Shown here piece after piece: positions 1 to 8,627 of a stretch of 20,000 nt of DNA. The notes beneath the pieces were generated by a model. It was not told where the DNA came from, did no database searches, and was given only the letters and a program-made list of their open reading frames with translations. The position numbers and the translations under genes were made by a program. The stretch lies in IMG/VR virus record IMGVR_UViG_3300000117_000017. One strand, given 5' to 3'. How positions within the stretch are numbered: position 1 is the stretch's first letter; each line of letters opens with the position of its first letter. Source of the stretch: an uncultured virus (IMG/VR IMGVR_UViG_3300000117_000017). Lineage: Duplodnaviria; Heunggongvirae; Uroviricota; Caudoviricetes.

Positions 1-50
1 TCATCAATTAAGTTTTGCTTAACTTCTTCTATCGCTCTTCTTAAGCTCAT
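1..50 (-). CDS. 5' part of a hypothetical protein running off the window (MSLRRAIEEVKQNLID...)
   Basis: ATG at 50-48 overlaps the TGA of the 47..895 ORF (ATGA coupling); frame is open to the window edge. Confidence 0.65.
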   Translation of the reverse strand, partial: MSLRRAIEEVKQNLID

Positions 51-895
51 CTTTTCATACTCCCTATTTTTTTCTTAGTACCAAAATCTTTAGTATCAGC
101 TTTGGATATCATACCTTTGATACCTGCTCCAGGATCTGCTTTTCCGTGATAGCCATCAGCATAACCGGGTGGAAGTTTTTTTACTTTACCACCTTTCATT
201 TTAAATGCTGCAATAGCTGCGTCATGTGCTTTCTTTTCTGAATCAGACATTGCTTCTTTTTTCATAAGCCTGTTTGTAGCTCTATCGATACCACGTACTC
301 TCATTGAAGCTTTTCTTTCAGGACCTTTATTGTAATCTTGATCTTTATGCTTACCACCTAATTTGCCTATAGCATCTTGTGTAGAATCATCTCTACCTTT
401 TTGAAATACATCTCTTGAGGCTTTGCCAATATAATTCTTTGCAAGATTCTTTGATATTTCATTTACTTTAGATTCGTTTTGTTTTCTTAAAACTGCTGCA
501 ACTTGAGGATGTTTATCAATATCTTTGGAGATTTTATTCATAGCTTTTACAGCACCAGTCATATTTCCTTTTTTATATCGAGGATCAGATGCTATACCAA
601 TTGCTTGTTTAACATGTTTAGCGTCGTGCGCTTCATCTACAGATTCTTTTTTACCTTTACCGCTGAGGTCTGAATCGGCACCGTAGTAAGTACCTTTACC
701 TTTTCCAATATAAGAATTGACTCTTGCCATTGCCCACTGTTGAGGTGTGGTTCCTGGCCTGTGACCGGTTTTCCAAGCTGCCATTCCTCTATTATATACT
801 TTCTTTAAAGTACCATAAGATATGCCAGACTTTGCCGATTTTTTCTTGAGTCCTTCGTTTTCGAATAACTCTTGATGGGTTGAAAATTTAAGCAT
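47..895 (-). CDS. Basic hypothetical protein with DUF5824-like N-terminal domain; candidate internal head protein
   Basis: 282-aa ORF; segment LKKVYNRGMAAWKTGHRPGTTPQQWAMARVNSY resembles a conserved viral domain (recalled as DUF5824); Lys-rich; overlaps upstream gene. Confidence 0.7.
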   Translation of the reverse strand: MLKFSTHQELFENEGLKKKSAKSGISYGTLKKVYNRGMAAWKTGHRPGTTPQQWAMARVNSYIGKGKGTYYGADSDLSGKGKKESVDEAHDAKHVKQAIGIASDPRYKKGNMTGAVKAMNKISKDIDKHPQVAAVLRKQNESKVNEISKNLAKNYIGKASRDVFQKGRDDSTQDAIGKLGGKHKDQDYNKGPERKASMRVRGIDRATNRLMKKEAMSDSEKKAHDAAIAAFKMKGGKVKKLPPGYADGYHGKADPGAGIKGMISKADTKDFGTKKKIGSMKR

Positions 896-2078
896 TAGCT
901 TTACTCCTGTTTTTAATTTTTCTAACTTTAGCTCGATCTAACATTCTAGCATGTTTAATCTTATCAACTATTTTTTCTCTTTCAATTTTTTTCTTAGCGA
1001 GGTCTACAGCATCTTCACCATACATTCTTCTATACTTTAAAGTATGTTTACTTGGTTTAGTTTTAGCTGTTGCATCACCAGGTGCTTTCTTGTATGCTGC
1101 CGGATTATCATCCGACATTTTAGCGTGTTTTTTGAAATGTGAAAGTCTTTTAGTCTTAGTAGATTTCGAAAGACCTTTGAAGTATGGAGCCGGTTGAGTA
1201 CCGGGTGCTTTCTTTACATCAGGATCTTGCTTTACTTTCTTCGGTGCTTCTTGTTTCTTTTCTACTAATTCAATATCAGTTAACCATTTTCTATAAGACC
1301 TACCATTTGATTCTACAATGACATAATTACTTCCAAGATTGGTAACAGTAGCGAGTTCGTCACTGCCCATGAAAGCAACACTGTCACCAATATTAAACAG
1401 AGTTCCTTTAACATATGCCTCTCTTTCTTCAGAGACTGGAGTAAAGTGTAATGTAGTTTTATATTCTTTTTGTTCTTTTAATCCCATTCCACGACGTACT
1501 TCATTATATACTTTCTTAGCTTCATTATTCGAAACACTTCTAGGTAACCCTTGTGAGAATTGTGTAAAGTCTCCTTTACTCGCCAAATTTCTCATCTTTG
1601 ATGCTGACATACCTGATACGTCATCTGCATCTGGATCACGGTCTCCAGCTGAAATTACGTTTATTTTGTTAAACTTATAAAGTCCATGTCTTCCTTTTAC
1701 ACCATTGTATTTTTCTAATAACTTTTTAAATTCATTAATCCTGTCTGAGCCAACAACCATATTGATATTCTTATATCCTTCTGAATATAATTTAGTTGCT
1801 GCATCAAATACATTCTTAACTTTCTTATCAAGCATTACACTTCTGGCGTGCTTTGGAAAAAATTTACGGACCGTCTTAATTTTATAATTATAGTTCAAAG
1901 GGTTTTTCTTGTTATCTGTAGATTGAGATAGATACACTCTGTATGGGTTACTACCTGATTTTTTAGATAACTCATTCATTAACTTTTCATGACCCGATGT
2001 AGGTGGATTCATACGTCCAAAAGTAAAGTATACAGTTTTGTCTTCTTCAATAAGAAATGATCTAAACGAATTTATCAT
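888..2078 (-). CDS. HIGH-superfamily nucleotidyltransferase (cytidyltransferase/NMNAT-like) with basic C-terminal extension
   Basis: FTFGRMNPPTSGH (HxGH-type motif), MVVGSDR and MSASKMR (KMSKS/SxT-type motif); family common in marine T4-like phages. Confidence 0.85.
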   Translation of the reverse strand: MINSFRSFLIEEDKTVYFTFGRMNPPTSGHEKLMNELSKKSGSNPYRVYLSQSTDNKKNPLNYNYKIKTVRKFFPKHARSVMLDKKVKNVFDAATKLYSEGYKNINMVVGSDRINEFKKLLEKYNGVKGRHGLYKFNKINVISAGDRDPDADDVSGMSASKMRNLASKGDFTQFSQGLPRSVSNNEAKKVYNEVRRGMGLKEQKEYKTTLHFTPVSEEREAYVKGTLFNIGDSVAFMGSDELATVTNLGSNYVIVESNGRSYRKWLTDIELVEKKQEAPKKVKQDPDVKKAPGTQPAPYFKGLSKSTKTKRLSHFKKHAKMSDDNPAAYKKAPGDATAKTKPSKHTLKYRRMYGEDAVDLAKKKIEREKIVDKIKHARMLDRAKVRKIKNRSKANA

Positions 2079-2974
2079 TAACCTTTTTTCCTCTGTACTT
2101 CTTTCTTACGAACGTCTTTAAACTTGCGTTTAGCTAATCTATTAATCCTTTGTTTTAACGCTGGCTTATCAAGTCTCTTTTCAATTTCTTGTTTTCTTGC
2201 AAATGTAAGCTCGCTTTTAGGTATGCCTCGAGTTAATTTCTTTGCAATTTCATTACGTGCTTGTCTTCGTGATCTTTTTTCAAGAGTCTTTTTATTAGCC
2301 ATCTTTCTCATGGCTCTTTGACGACCAATCTTAATTCTTGTTTTTAATCTCTTCATCAATCGAGATTTCTTCATTCTCTGTTGTAGGTTTAAGGCTTCAT
2401 CAACATCTACTTCTTCTTTTGGCATTTCATCTGGCCATGTAGCTTCGTCAATTGATTCTTCTTTCATTAAACCGTTTAAGCTTTCTCTAGGATACATTCT
2501 AAATACTTTAGCACGAGCTTTATCAATGTACTTTTTCTTATTACGTTCGTAATCACCAGGATTTTTTGCTAGTGTTCTAGCGTGTTTAGTTATGTCAGAT
2601 GGTTTAGTTGGTTTAAGAACTGAAGGAGAAGAAGCTTCGCTTTTAGCTTTTTTCTTTTTCAAATTAGCTGGATGTAATGGATGTTTAATACCATAAGGAG
2701 ATTCAGGATTAGGATCTGCTTTTTTTGGTCTACCTTTTAAATCATTAGGATCTACAATTGCTTCTTTTTTAATAACTTCTTTATCAGTCTTAACCATGCG
2801 TATGCCGACTTTACCGTCAGGCTTTATATATTTTTCTGGTTTTCTATCTGCTGATTGTACGCTCTCATTTCCGTGATATTGCTTCTTACGTTTCTGAGCG
2901 TAGTATTTCACTTCATCTGATTCGCCTGGCTTATAATCCGCAGACGTCATATGTTTAAAATCTAATGGTGCCAT
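2078..2974 (-). CDS. Highly basic hypothetical protein, possible DNA-binding virion/core protein
   Basis: ORF track gives 2078..2998, but the ATG at 2974 forms a TAATG overlap with the upstream stop and is the likelier start; C-terminal ~100 aa very Arg/Lys-rich. Confidence 0.7.
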   Translation of the reverse strand: MAPLDFKHMTSADYKPGESDEVKYYAQKRKKQYHGNESVQSADRKPEKYIKPDGKVGIRMVKTDKEVIKKEAIVDPNDLKGRPKKADPNPESPYGIKHPLHPANLKKKKAKSEASSPSVLKPTKPSDITKHARTLAKNPGDYERNKKKYIDKARAKVFRMYPRESLNGLMKEESIDEATWPDEMPKEEVDVDEALNLQQRMKKSRLMKRLKTRIKIGRQRAMRKMANKKTLEKRSRRQARNEIAKKLTRGIPKSELTFARKQEIEKRLDKPALKQRINRLAKRKFKDVRKKEVQRKKG

Positions 2975-4203
2975 TAGTTCCTCCCCGGCTTGTCCCATCC
3001 TTTTATAATTTCTGGTGAAAAGTTGGCATATGAGAATTCCATACGATCAACGATTTTCACTGCATCACCACCAAGTTTGTCAATGGCCACATACCCTTCT
3101 TGACCCGTTACCTTATACCCATCACGAGTCTTAAGAAACGTTTGTGCGCCATTAAGCTTATTAAGTATATTTATAATTTTTAATTTTGCTAGAACTATAG
3201 ATTTCTGTAATTCAAACATCATTTCCAAACTTATTTTGTTTTGTGGTGAAAAGAATTTAAGTATTTCATTTAATTTTTGTTGTTGAGCAGTTTTACCTTT
3301 TTCGCTCTTTCTTTTATCTATCTCTTTTTGAAACTTCAATTTTATGTGTGATATTAACTTCGCAACGTGGGTTTTGGTATTACCAATGACTTCACCTTTT
3401 CGTACAAAAGAATTATTAAACGTTTCAATAAGCTGAGCAATGTTATTGTTGTTTTCGAGAGTACGTAAGGTAGTACTAGAAATTTTATTAAAAATCCTGC
3501 CAGCATTACTAAGATGTGCATTAACTTCCTCCGTATCTTTTTTAGTCATTGTAAATTGAGTCATGTCTCTGAGCATTGCATCTTGTGACCAAACATTTTT
3601 AGTGTTTTTAAACTTAGTAGTATCTACACCGTAAGAAGCTTTCATTGTTTCAAATGTGTTACCTGTGTATGTAGTGTGCCAAACTATTCCAATCTTTGCA
3701 GCTTTAACTTTCTTAGCAGCTTCAGTTCCAGCCGGCACTGCATATACAATTGTATTAGGATGAAAAGTGACATAAGGTTTACCTTTTAACTTTTTAGTTT
3801 TAACATCACTTGAATCAAATAAGAAGTCACCTTGTACTACACCTTTGATACCGAGTTCAGGCAAATACTTTAATGCGGCTTTGAGTTTAGCATTAAGATC
3901 ACCACCAGTATCGTCGTCAACGTCAGAATTAGTTTTATATACTTTTGGCGTGGCGTTGAAGATGCCTTTCTTAGCCACAAAAAATTTACCGTCGCGAGGA
4001 TCAGTACCAGCGAAAACAGCGGGTGCACCGTCCCACTTAACACTAACGTTTCCATCTTTAACTCCTGCTAACATGTCTCTTAATGAACGTAAAGCAAGTA
4101 TAGCTTGCCTAGTTCCATCTACACCACCGTAAAGAACTTTGTCTTCGATGTGAGTCATGTGTGTATTCTTTTGTTCTGTTATATATTCTTTAAATTTAAT
4201 CAT
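2974..4203 (-). CDS. Conserved T4-like phage protein (DUF6267-like) with ATP-dependent ligase/covalent nucleotidyltransferase-like motifs
   Basis: 409 aa; KNTHMTHIED N-terminal signature; VKWDGAP (KxDG), VQGDFLF, QEGYVAI and AVKIVDR occur in ligase motif order I, III, IV, V. Confidence 0.7.
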   Translation of the reverse strand: MIKFKEYITEQKNTHMTHIEDKVLYGGVDGTRQAILALRSLRDMLAGVKDGNVSVKWDGAPAVFAGTDPRDGKFFVAKKGIFNATPKVYKTNSDVDDDTGGDLNAKLKAALKYLPELGIKGVVQGDFLFDSSDVKTKKLKGKPYVTFHPNTIVYAVPAGTEAAKKVKAAKIGIVWHTTYTGNTFETMKASYGVDTTKFKNTKNVWSQDAMLRDMTQFTMTKKDTEEVNAHLSNAGRIFNKISSTTLRTLENNNNIAQLIETFNNSFVRKGEVIGNTKTHVAKLISHIKLKFQKEIDKRKSEKGKTAQQQKLNEILKFFSPQNKISLEMMFELQKSIVLAKLKIINILNKLNGAQTFLKTRDGYKVTGQEGYVAIDKLGGDAVKIVDRMEFSYANFSPEIIKGWDKPGRN

Positions 4204-5603
4204 TCGTAAACCTTTGCGTAAATTGATGATATGTCTAGTTTAGAACCAGCATAATTCACCATGTCTGTTACAACCAAATCTGCTTTGCCGTTTCTCATAT
4301 TATCAACTAAATGAAACAACACATGTATTGAAGCAATTTTACTATGCACTTCATTTGCTAACTTTGTAGTTAAGCCTTCCATGAATTCTTCTTTACTAAC
4401 TGTAGGATGTATCTTCTTAACCATATTGTAGATTGGTAATGCATTACGAGACTTTTCACCTTGTTTGTTTAATTCCAATGCTGTTCTTTTAAGATCTGCG
4501 TTTGAAGGTAGTGTTTTACCGATCCTTCTTTTAATTGAATCGGTTATTTGTGCGTAGCCTCCGCCACCACCTCTTGCAGTTTTTAATTCTAGTTCAAATG
4601 TTAAAGCAGCAAATTGCGATTTATTACGTATTGCAGCTTTACCTCCGTCAAACTCGATGTTAGCAGCTTTACCTCTCCAGAATTCAGAACCTTTTTTAGC
4701 AAAGGTTGCCATCAATCGTCCGCCTTTAAACTTATGAACATCTAAACTTTCATCTTTATTTTCTATAGAAAGTTTTATTCCTTTTTTAGATTGAACCTTT
4801 TTTAATGAAATACCTACTAATTTTCTTGATTCAAATAGTTTAACAAGTGTTTTATTTAGTTCCTGAATAGAACCTTTTGGTAGTTTGCTGGCTATTGATT
4901 TATCAGTAGTTGCCCATATGTCACCAGGGTTCCATTTGTCATTACTTAACTTATTCATTTGAGAATTTTTAAGAGCTTCATCTTTTACTTTATAAATGTC
5001 ATTCATAACTTTATCATCACGGTGGAATGACATATTTTTATTAATTAAATTTTTCTTTAGTAATTCTTGTGCTGTCCAATAACCCGACCAATGCCATGAT
5101 GCATCTAGACTCATAACCTGTTCAAATGTAGCACCTTTCACTGAAATTGCATTATAGGCTTTTTCAAGATCAGATGGCTGGATAGACTCAAAGGATGCAC
5201 GGGTATTGTTCACCATATACGCGCAGTAAACACATTGTGTAATTTCAGCAAAAGCGGTTTGCTGCGTTCCGCCACCAGAACCTCCGGTAGCTCCACCGAA
5301 TACATTTGATTTACCGATTTCATTTGATTTAATTGTGCCGGCATTTGTTTCAAACTCTTGTGTTTTCTTTTCTTTTTCTAAACGATCAATTGCTTCTCTA
5401 TTTGCTGGTGTATTCTTTATTATTATTTCTTTGCCTGCAATAGAAGGAATAGCTTCACCAGCTTTAACGATCTTTCTTAGTATAGCTATACGTGTTTCTT
5501 TAGTCTGAGAATTTATTTTTTCCCATTCACCTGGCGGCATCTTCGAAAATTCGAGTATCATGCGCTCCTCCAAGTATCTCATGTATGATTTAAATTTTAA
5601 CAT
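4200..5603 (-). CDS. Hypothetical protein with putative PD-(D/E)XK nuclease-like domain
   Basis: 467 aa; QTAFAE ... KWNPGDIW ... LVGISLKK pattern resembles restriction-endonuclease-like phage proteins; first gene after a late promoter. Confidence 0.55.
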   Translation of the reverse strand: MLKFKSYMRYLEERMILEFSKMPPGEWEKINSQTKETRIAILRKIVKAGEAIPSIAGKEIIIKNTPANREAIDRLEKEKKTQEFETNAGTIKSNEIGKSNVFGGATGGSGGGTQQTAFAEITQCVYCAYMVNNTRASFESIQPSDLEKAYNAISVKGATFEQVMSLDASWHWSGYWTAQELLKKNLINKNMSFHRDDKVMNDIYKVKDEALKNSQMNKLSNDKWNPGDIWATTDKSIASKLPKGSIQELNKTLVKLFESRKLVGISLKKVQSKKGIKLSIENKDESLDVHKFKGGRLMATFAKKGSEFWRGKAANIEFDGGKAAIRNKSQFAALTFELELKTARGGGGGYAQITDSIKRRIGKTLPSNADLKRTALELNKQGEKSRNALPIYNMVKKIHPTVSKEEFMEGLTTKLANEVHSKIASIHVLFHLVDNMRNGKADLVVTDMVNYAGSKLDISSIYAKVYE

Positions 5604-5608
5604 GATTC

Positions 5609-5616
5609 TATTTATA
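5609..5616 (-). promoter_or_regulatory. T4-type late promoter TATAAATA
   Basis: Exact TATAAATA on the minus strand, 5 nt upstream of the ATG at 5603 and just downstream of a terminator. Confidence 0.8.
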
Positions 5617-5630
5617 ATAGTTTACAACTT

Positions 5631-5652
5631 AAAAAAGCGCCCTTACGGACGC
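5631..5652 (-). terminator. Rho-independent terminator
   Basis: Minus strand GCGTCC-GTAA-GGGCGC hairpin (GNRA loop) followed by T6, downstream of the 5674..6141 stop. Confidence 0.85.
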
Positions 5653-5673
5653 AGTATTAATTTTTAAATCGTT

Positions 5674-6141
5674 TTAAAATCGAAGAAGAAATCTTGCTAT
5701 GTGACCAACAAACGGAAGTAACGCTACAGCCATTAAGAGATTGACTCCAGTATGAGCCATAGCTATTCTGAGTGTATCACCTTTAGGCATACCATCAGAA
5801 ACTAGAAGTCCCGCTAACCAAATTGTACCAGTAGTTCCAATATTGGCGCCAAGAACTGCAGCAATTGCTGCAGGAAGGGGGACAGCGCCTGATGCCACAA
5901 GGGCAATTATTGCGGTGGTTGAAAGACTTGATGATTGCCATAACAGTGTCATCACAATTCCTCCAACAAACATCCAATAAGGATTATGAATAAAGAAGTT
6001 AAGATGTTCTAAGTTTCCCATGGATTTCATTCCACCTGAAAACATTTTAAGACCTATATAAAAAACAACAAGTCCAACGAGAGTAGTCATTATGGGATTG
6101 CCTAAGTCCATCTTACACACCTTTTTAATTAATTCATTCAT
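5674..6141 (-). CDS. Na+/Pi cotransporter family protein (single repeat, PF02690/SLC34-NptA-like)
   Basis: Hydrophobic 155 aa with WQSSSLST and AVLGANIGTT signature motifs. Confidence 0.85.
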   Translation of the reverse strand: MNELIKKVCKMDLGNPIMTTLVGLVVFYIGLKMFSGGMKSMGNLEHLNFFIHNPYWMFVGGIVMTLLWQSSSLSTTAIIALVASGAVPLPAAIAAVLGANIGTTGTIWLAGLLVSDGMPKGDTLRIAMAHTGVNLLMAVALLPFVGHIARFLLRF

Positions 6142-6152
6142 ACTATTATATA

Positions 6153-6317
6153 TTAGCGGTCACGTCTCTTGAATGTTACACTTTTGTTAAACCTTTTCTT
6201 TTGAGAAGAATTATTACGTTTCCTATCTTCTGGACGATAATTAGGATCATAATGTTCGTATCCACGAATTCCATTTTCTTTTGCCCAAGCGGCAATCATA
6301 TCAAGTTTATGTTTCAT
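6153..6317 (-). CDS. Small basic hypothetical protein (54 aa, MKHKLDMIAAWAKENGIRGYEHYDP...)
   Basis: Read manually; ATGA overlap with upstream stop; fills the gap in the operon. Confidence 0.7.
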   Translation of the reverse strand: MKHKLDMIAAWAKENGIRGYEHYDPNYRPEDRKRNNSSQKKRFNKSVTFKRRDR

Positions 6318-6721
6318 TTTTGAAACCTGACTGTATATGTTTTTCCTTCGTATTGGAAAGTGACTGTTGAATGAGAGTAGACTGTTCTAGACTCTTCCTT
6401 ATAACGCGTTTGATTCCTGCAGTATCTCTTAACACCGCTACTAGCGCTACTATTTGAATGACCAAGCATGCCACCAATAATAGCTCCGATTGCTCCACCA
6501 TCTTTTTCTCCTTTGATGTTGTTACCTAATATTCCACCGATAATTGCTCCAGCAAGAGCATCTCCGGTCTTGTCACCCGATGTGACTTGATCTCTACAAA
6601 CTTCAACTGTATAAGGTGTTTGACTTATGACAGACTTATAGTGATCTCGTACTTGATTAGCATGTGCAGAACCTGTAAAAAACACTAAGCTTGCACATGC
6701 TATATACGTTAATTTATTCAT
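6314..6721 (-). CDS. Glycine-zipper 2TM domain protein with signal peptide
   Basis: N-terminal signal (…GSAHA); GAIIGGILG…GAIGAIIGGMLG repeats. Confidence 0.8.
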   Translation of the reverse strand: MNKLTYIACASLVFFTGSAHANQVRDHYKSVISQTPYTVEVCRDQVTSGDKTGDALAGAIIGGILGNNIKGEKDGGAIGAIIGGMLGHSNSSASSGVKRYCRNQTRYKEESRTVYSHSTVTFQYEGKTYTVRFQK

Positions 6722-6936
6722 GATTGGTTTATCTCCTTCAATTGATCAACTAAACTTTTCGATTCTTTTGGGTTTTCTACTAGTTGAGTGCGAGCCGCAT
6801 ACAACCTTTCGAGTCTTTTCTTTACAGATTTAACTTTCTTAGATTTATTTTCCCAAAAACTTATCTCATTAAGAACTCTATCCATTCCCATAGACATGGC
6901 TAGAGTGTCTTTAAATACACTCCGTGATGTATTCAT
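6718..6936 (-). CDS. Hypothetical protein
   Basis: 72-aa ORF translationally coupled on both sides. Confidence 0.7.
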   Translation of the reverse strand: MNTSRSVFKDTLAMSMGMDRVLNEISFWENKSKKVKSVKKRLERLYAARTQLVENPKESKSLVDQLKEINQS

Positions 6937-7121
6937 TATTTAAGTTTCCATAATATATACTCTTCACCATTCGCTTCAAGAGTTATCGCAGGGACACCAG
7001 ACGGTGCTTGCTTACCGACGTATTCCCATTCATAACCATCTTTCATTTGGCTGTTAGCTGTTTCTCTAAATTCTTGCGTATTCATACTGAACATCGCAAT
7101 GACCAATACTATGATTCCCAT
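6936..7121 (-). CDS. Small hypothetical protein with hydrophobic N-terminus
   Basis: 61-aa ORF, TAATG overlaps, AAGGAG RBS upstream. Confidence 0.7.
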   Translation of the reverse strand: MGIIVLVIAMFSMNTQEFRETANSQMKDGYEWEYVGKQAPSGVPAITLEANGEEYILWKLK

Positions 7122-7312
7122 TATTTTTCTCCTTCTATTTTATAAATTGGGGTTATTGCTATTTTATCAATATAATCATTATTATAATAAGTTCGTGTTA
7201 CAACTTCTTTTACTAGTTGACTACCACGAATTTTAAATGTTGTAAGTTCCCTAGACAGTACACCTTCACTGTCTAGGAGATCAAATGCTCGTTTCAAAGG
7301 ACCATCAGTCAT
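7121..7312 (-). CDS. Hypothetical protein
   Basis: 63-aa ORF, TAATG overlap with the DUF932 gene. Confidence 0.7.
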   Translation of the reverse strand: MTDGPLKRAFDLLDSEGVLSRELTTFKIRGSQLVKEVVTRTYYNNDYIDKIAITPIYKIEGEK

Positions 7313-8271
7313 TATGCAACCTCTGCAAACTTTAATGCTGTGTTAAGAGCATTTCTTTTTTTAATCTGGTTTCCACCAAACCATGAAGAGTAAAGTCTGT
7401 TGTCAGAATTTCTACCTTGTAGATGATCTGTAACATAAGTTACTGAGTTGAATGCTTGCCACCAAGAACCTTCTGCATACTTTGCACCGGGTTGTTGCTC
7501 TAAAGCATCGTAACATGCAATCGCATTCTTTGAAAGAGTTTCCATAGAAAGAGATCTGTTTTGAACTCTCTTATCCGCAGTTCTTGGATAAACATTATTA
7601 TAGAACTCAATAAGTGAATCAATGTTGTATCTTTTAGAACCTAAAAACTCTGCCATTTCTTTATAAGTCTTTAACTTATCAGATGCAATGCCAAGAGCTT
7701 TCTTAACTTCGTTAGAATTGAATTCAACTCTATGACCAACTTTTACAGACCTTTGAGCCTGCTGATCGAGTGAAAGTGAAAGTGTATTGTTACATACAAC
7801 TCTGATTGGCGTAAACCTAATGTCTATAGACTTACCATAGAGATGCGGATTAGAGAAAAGTAAGTAAGACTCAACTTTATCACCGCCGAAGAGATCAAAT
7901 GATTCTTTGACTTTAGCTAAAGCCCATACCATCTGTCCACCTTTAAGTGAACCTGCTGTATGCATTTCCATATCACCAGCAAGAACATACTCTGAAAAGA
8001 ATTCAAAAGCTTCTTCATTCTGAACTGGATTCCAGATCTGACCGATGTTAGTCAAGACTTTATCGTCTGAACTTCTTACTAAGGCTTTCATGCCTGTAGC
8101 AACTTTCTTACCACTTGGTAGAGTTGCGTATGAGTCAACCTGATCGACCGTCCAGTCGAGACCAGCTTTCGTCATCATTTGGTTTGGTGTAAGATCATTG
8201 CTGACCGGTACGCCTAGACCATGCCATGGTACTTCACCTGCATATGCCATTGTTTCAACTTGATGTGCCAT
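7312..8271 (-). CDS. DUF932/DUF945 family phage/plasmid protein (TIGR03299-like)
   Basis: MAHQVETMAYAGEVPWHGLG, PVQNEEAF, TAGSLKGG, TPIRVVCNNTL and WQAFNSVT motifs; AGGAGG RBS. Confidence 0.9.
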   Translation of the reverse strand: MAHQVETMAYAGEVPWHGLGVPVSNDLTPNQMMTKAGLDWTVDQVDSYATLPSGKKVATGMKALVRSSDDKVLTNIGQIWNPVQNEEAFEFFSEYVLAGDMEMHTAGSLKGGQMVWALAKVKESFDLFGGDKVESYLLFSNPHLYGKSIDIRFTPIRVVCNNTLSLSLDQQAQRSVKVGHRVEFNSNEVKKALGIASDKLKTYKEMAEFLGSKRYNIDSLIEFYNNVYPRTADKRVQNRSLSMETLSKNAIACYDALEQQPGAKYAEGSWWQAFNSVTYVTDHLQGRNSDNRLYSSWFGGNQIKKRNALNTALKFAEVA

Positions 8272-8289
8272 AATATATTCCTCCTAAGG

Positions 8290-8412
8290 CTATTGATTTG
8301 AATTTTGTTGGATACAACCAGGTGCAAGACCTTCGGTTGTACATGGATCTTCGATTGCGCCGATAAGTAAGACACATGCTAAGACTGATGTTATTGCTAA
8401 TAATTTTTTCAT
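8290..8412 (-). CDS. Small secreted/membrane peptide (40 aa, MKKLLAITSVLACVLLIGAIEDPC...)
   Basis: Read manually; first ORF after an early promoter, AAGGA RBS, signal-peptide-like N-terminus. Confidence 0.65.
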   Translation of the reverse strand: MKKLLAITSVLACVLLIGAIEDPCTTEGLAPGCIQQNSNQ

Positions 8413-8447
8413 AATATAAATTGTTCCTTTTTAATTATTATAGATCT

Positions 8448-8476
8448 ATTATACCACATTTTTTCTAAGATGTAAA
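8448..8476 (-). promoter_or_regulatory. Sigma70-type early promoter (repeat copy 1)
   Basis: TTTACA-17 nt-TATAAT with extended -10 (TGTGG) and AT-rich UP element. Confidence 0.85.
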
Positions 8477-8489
8477 GGAAAAAATGCAT

Positions 8490-8627
8490 TTAATTTAAAA
8501 ATTTTTCAATTATTTCTTTAAAGAAAAGATAAGCACCGTAGCAATAAACTACTACGATGATTGTCTTTAAAGTTTTATTCATGGAGTCGTCCGCCATGTA
8601 CACCCAGTCATGATACTTCTTTGGCAT
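8490..8627 (-). CDS. Small membrane protein (45 aa, MPKKYHDWVYMADDSMNKTLKTIIVVVY...)
   Basis: Read manually; TAATG overlap with 8627..8812; one hydrophobic segment. Confidence 0.65.
   Translation of the reverse strand: MPKKYHDWVYMADDSMNKTLKTIIVVVYCYGAYLFFKEIIEKFLN

Noticed and set aside
1339..2321. Plus-strand ORFs 1339..1680, 1705..1887 and 2124..2321
   Set aside because: Antisense shadows of well-supported minus-strand genes; no RBS or motifs
3845..4132. ORFs 3845..4132 (+) and 3870..4055 (-)
   Set aside because: Nested within the 409-aa gene in other frames; no independent support
5795..6501. Alternative-frame ORFs 5795..5977 and 6307..6501
   Set aside because: Nested in the Na+/Pi transporter and glycine-zipper genes
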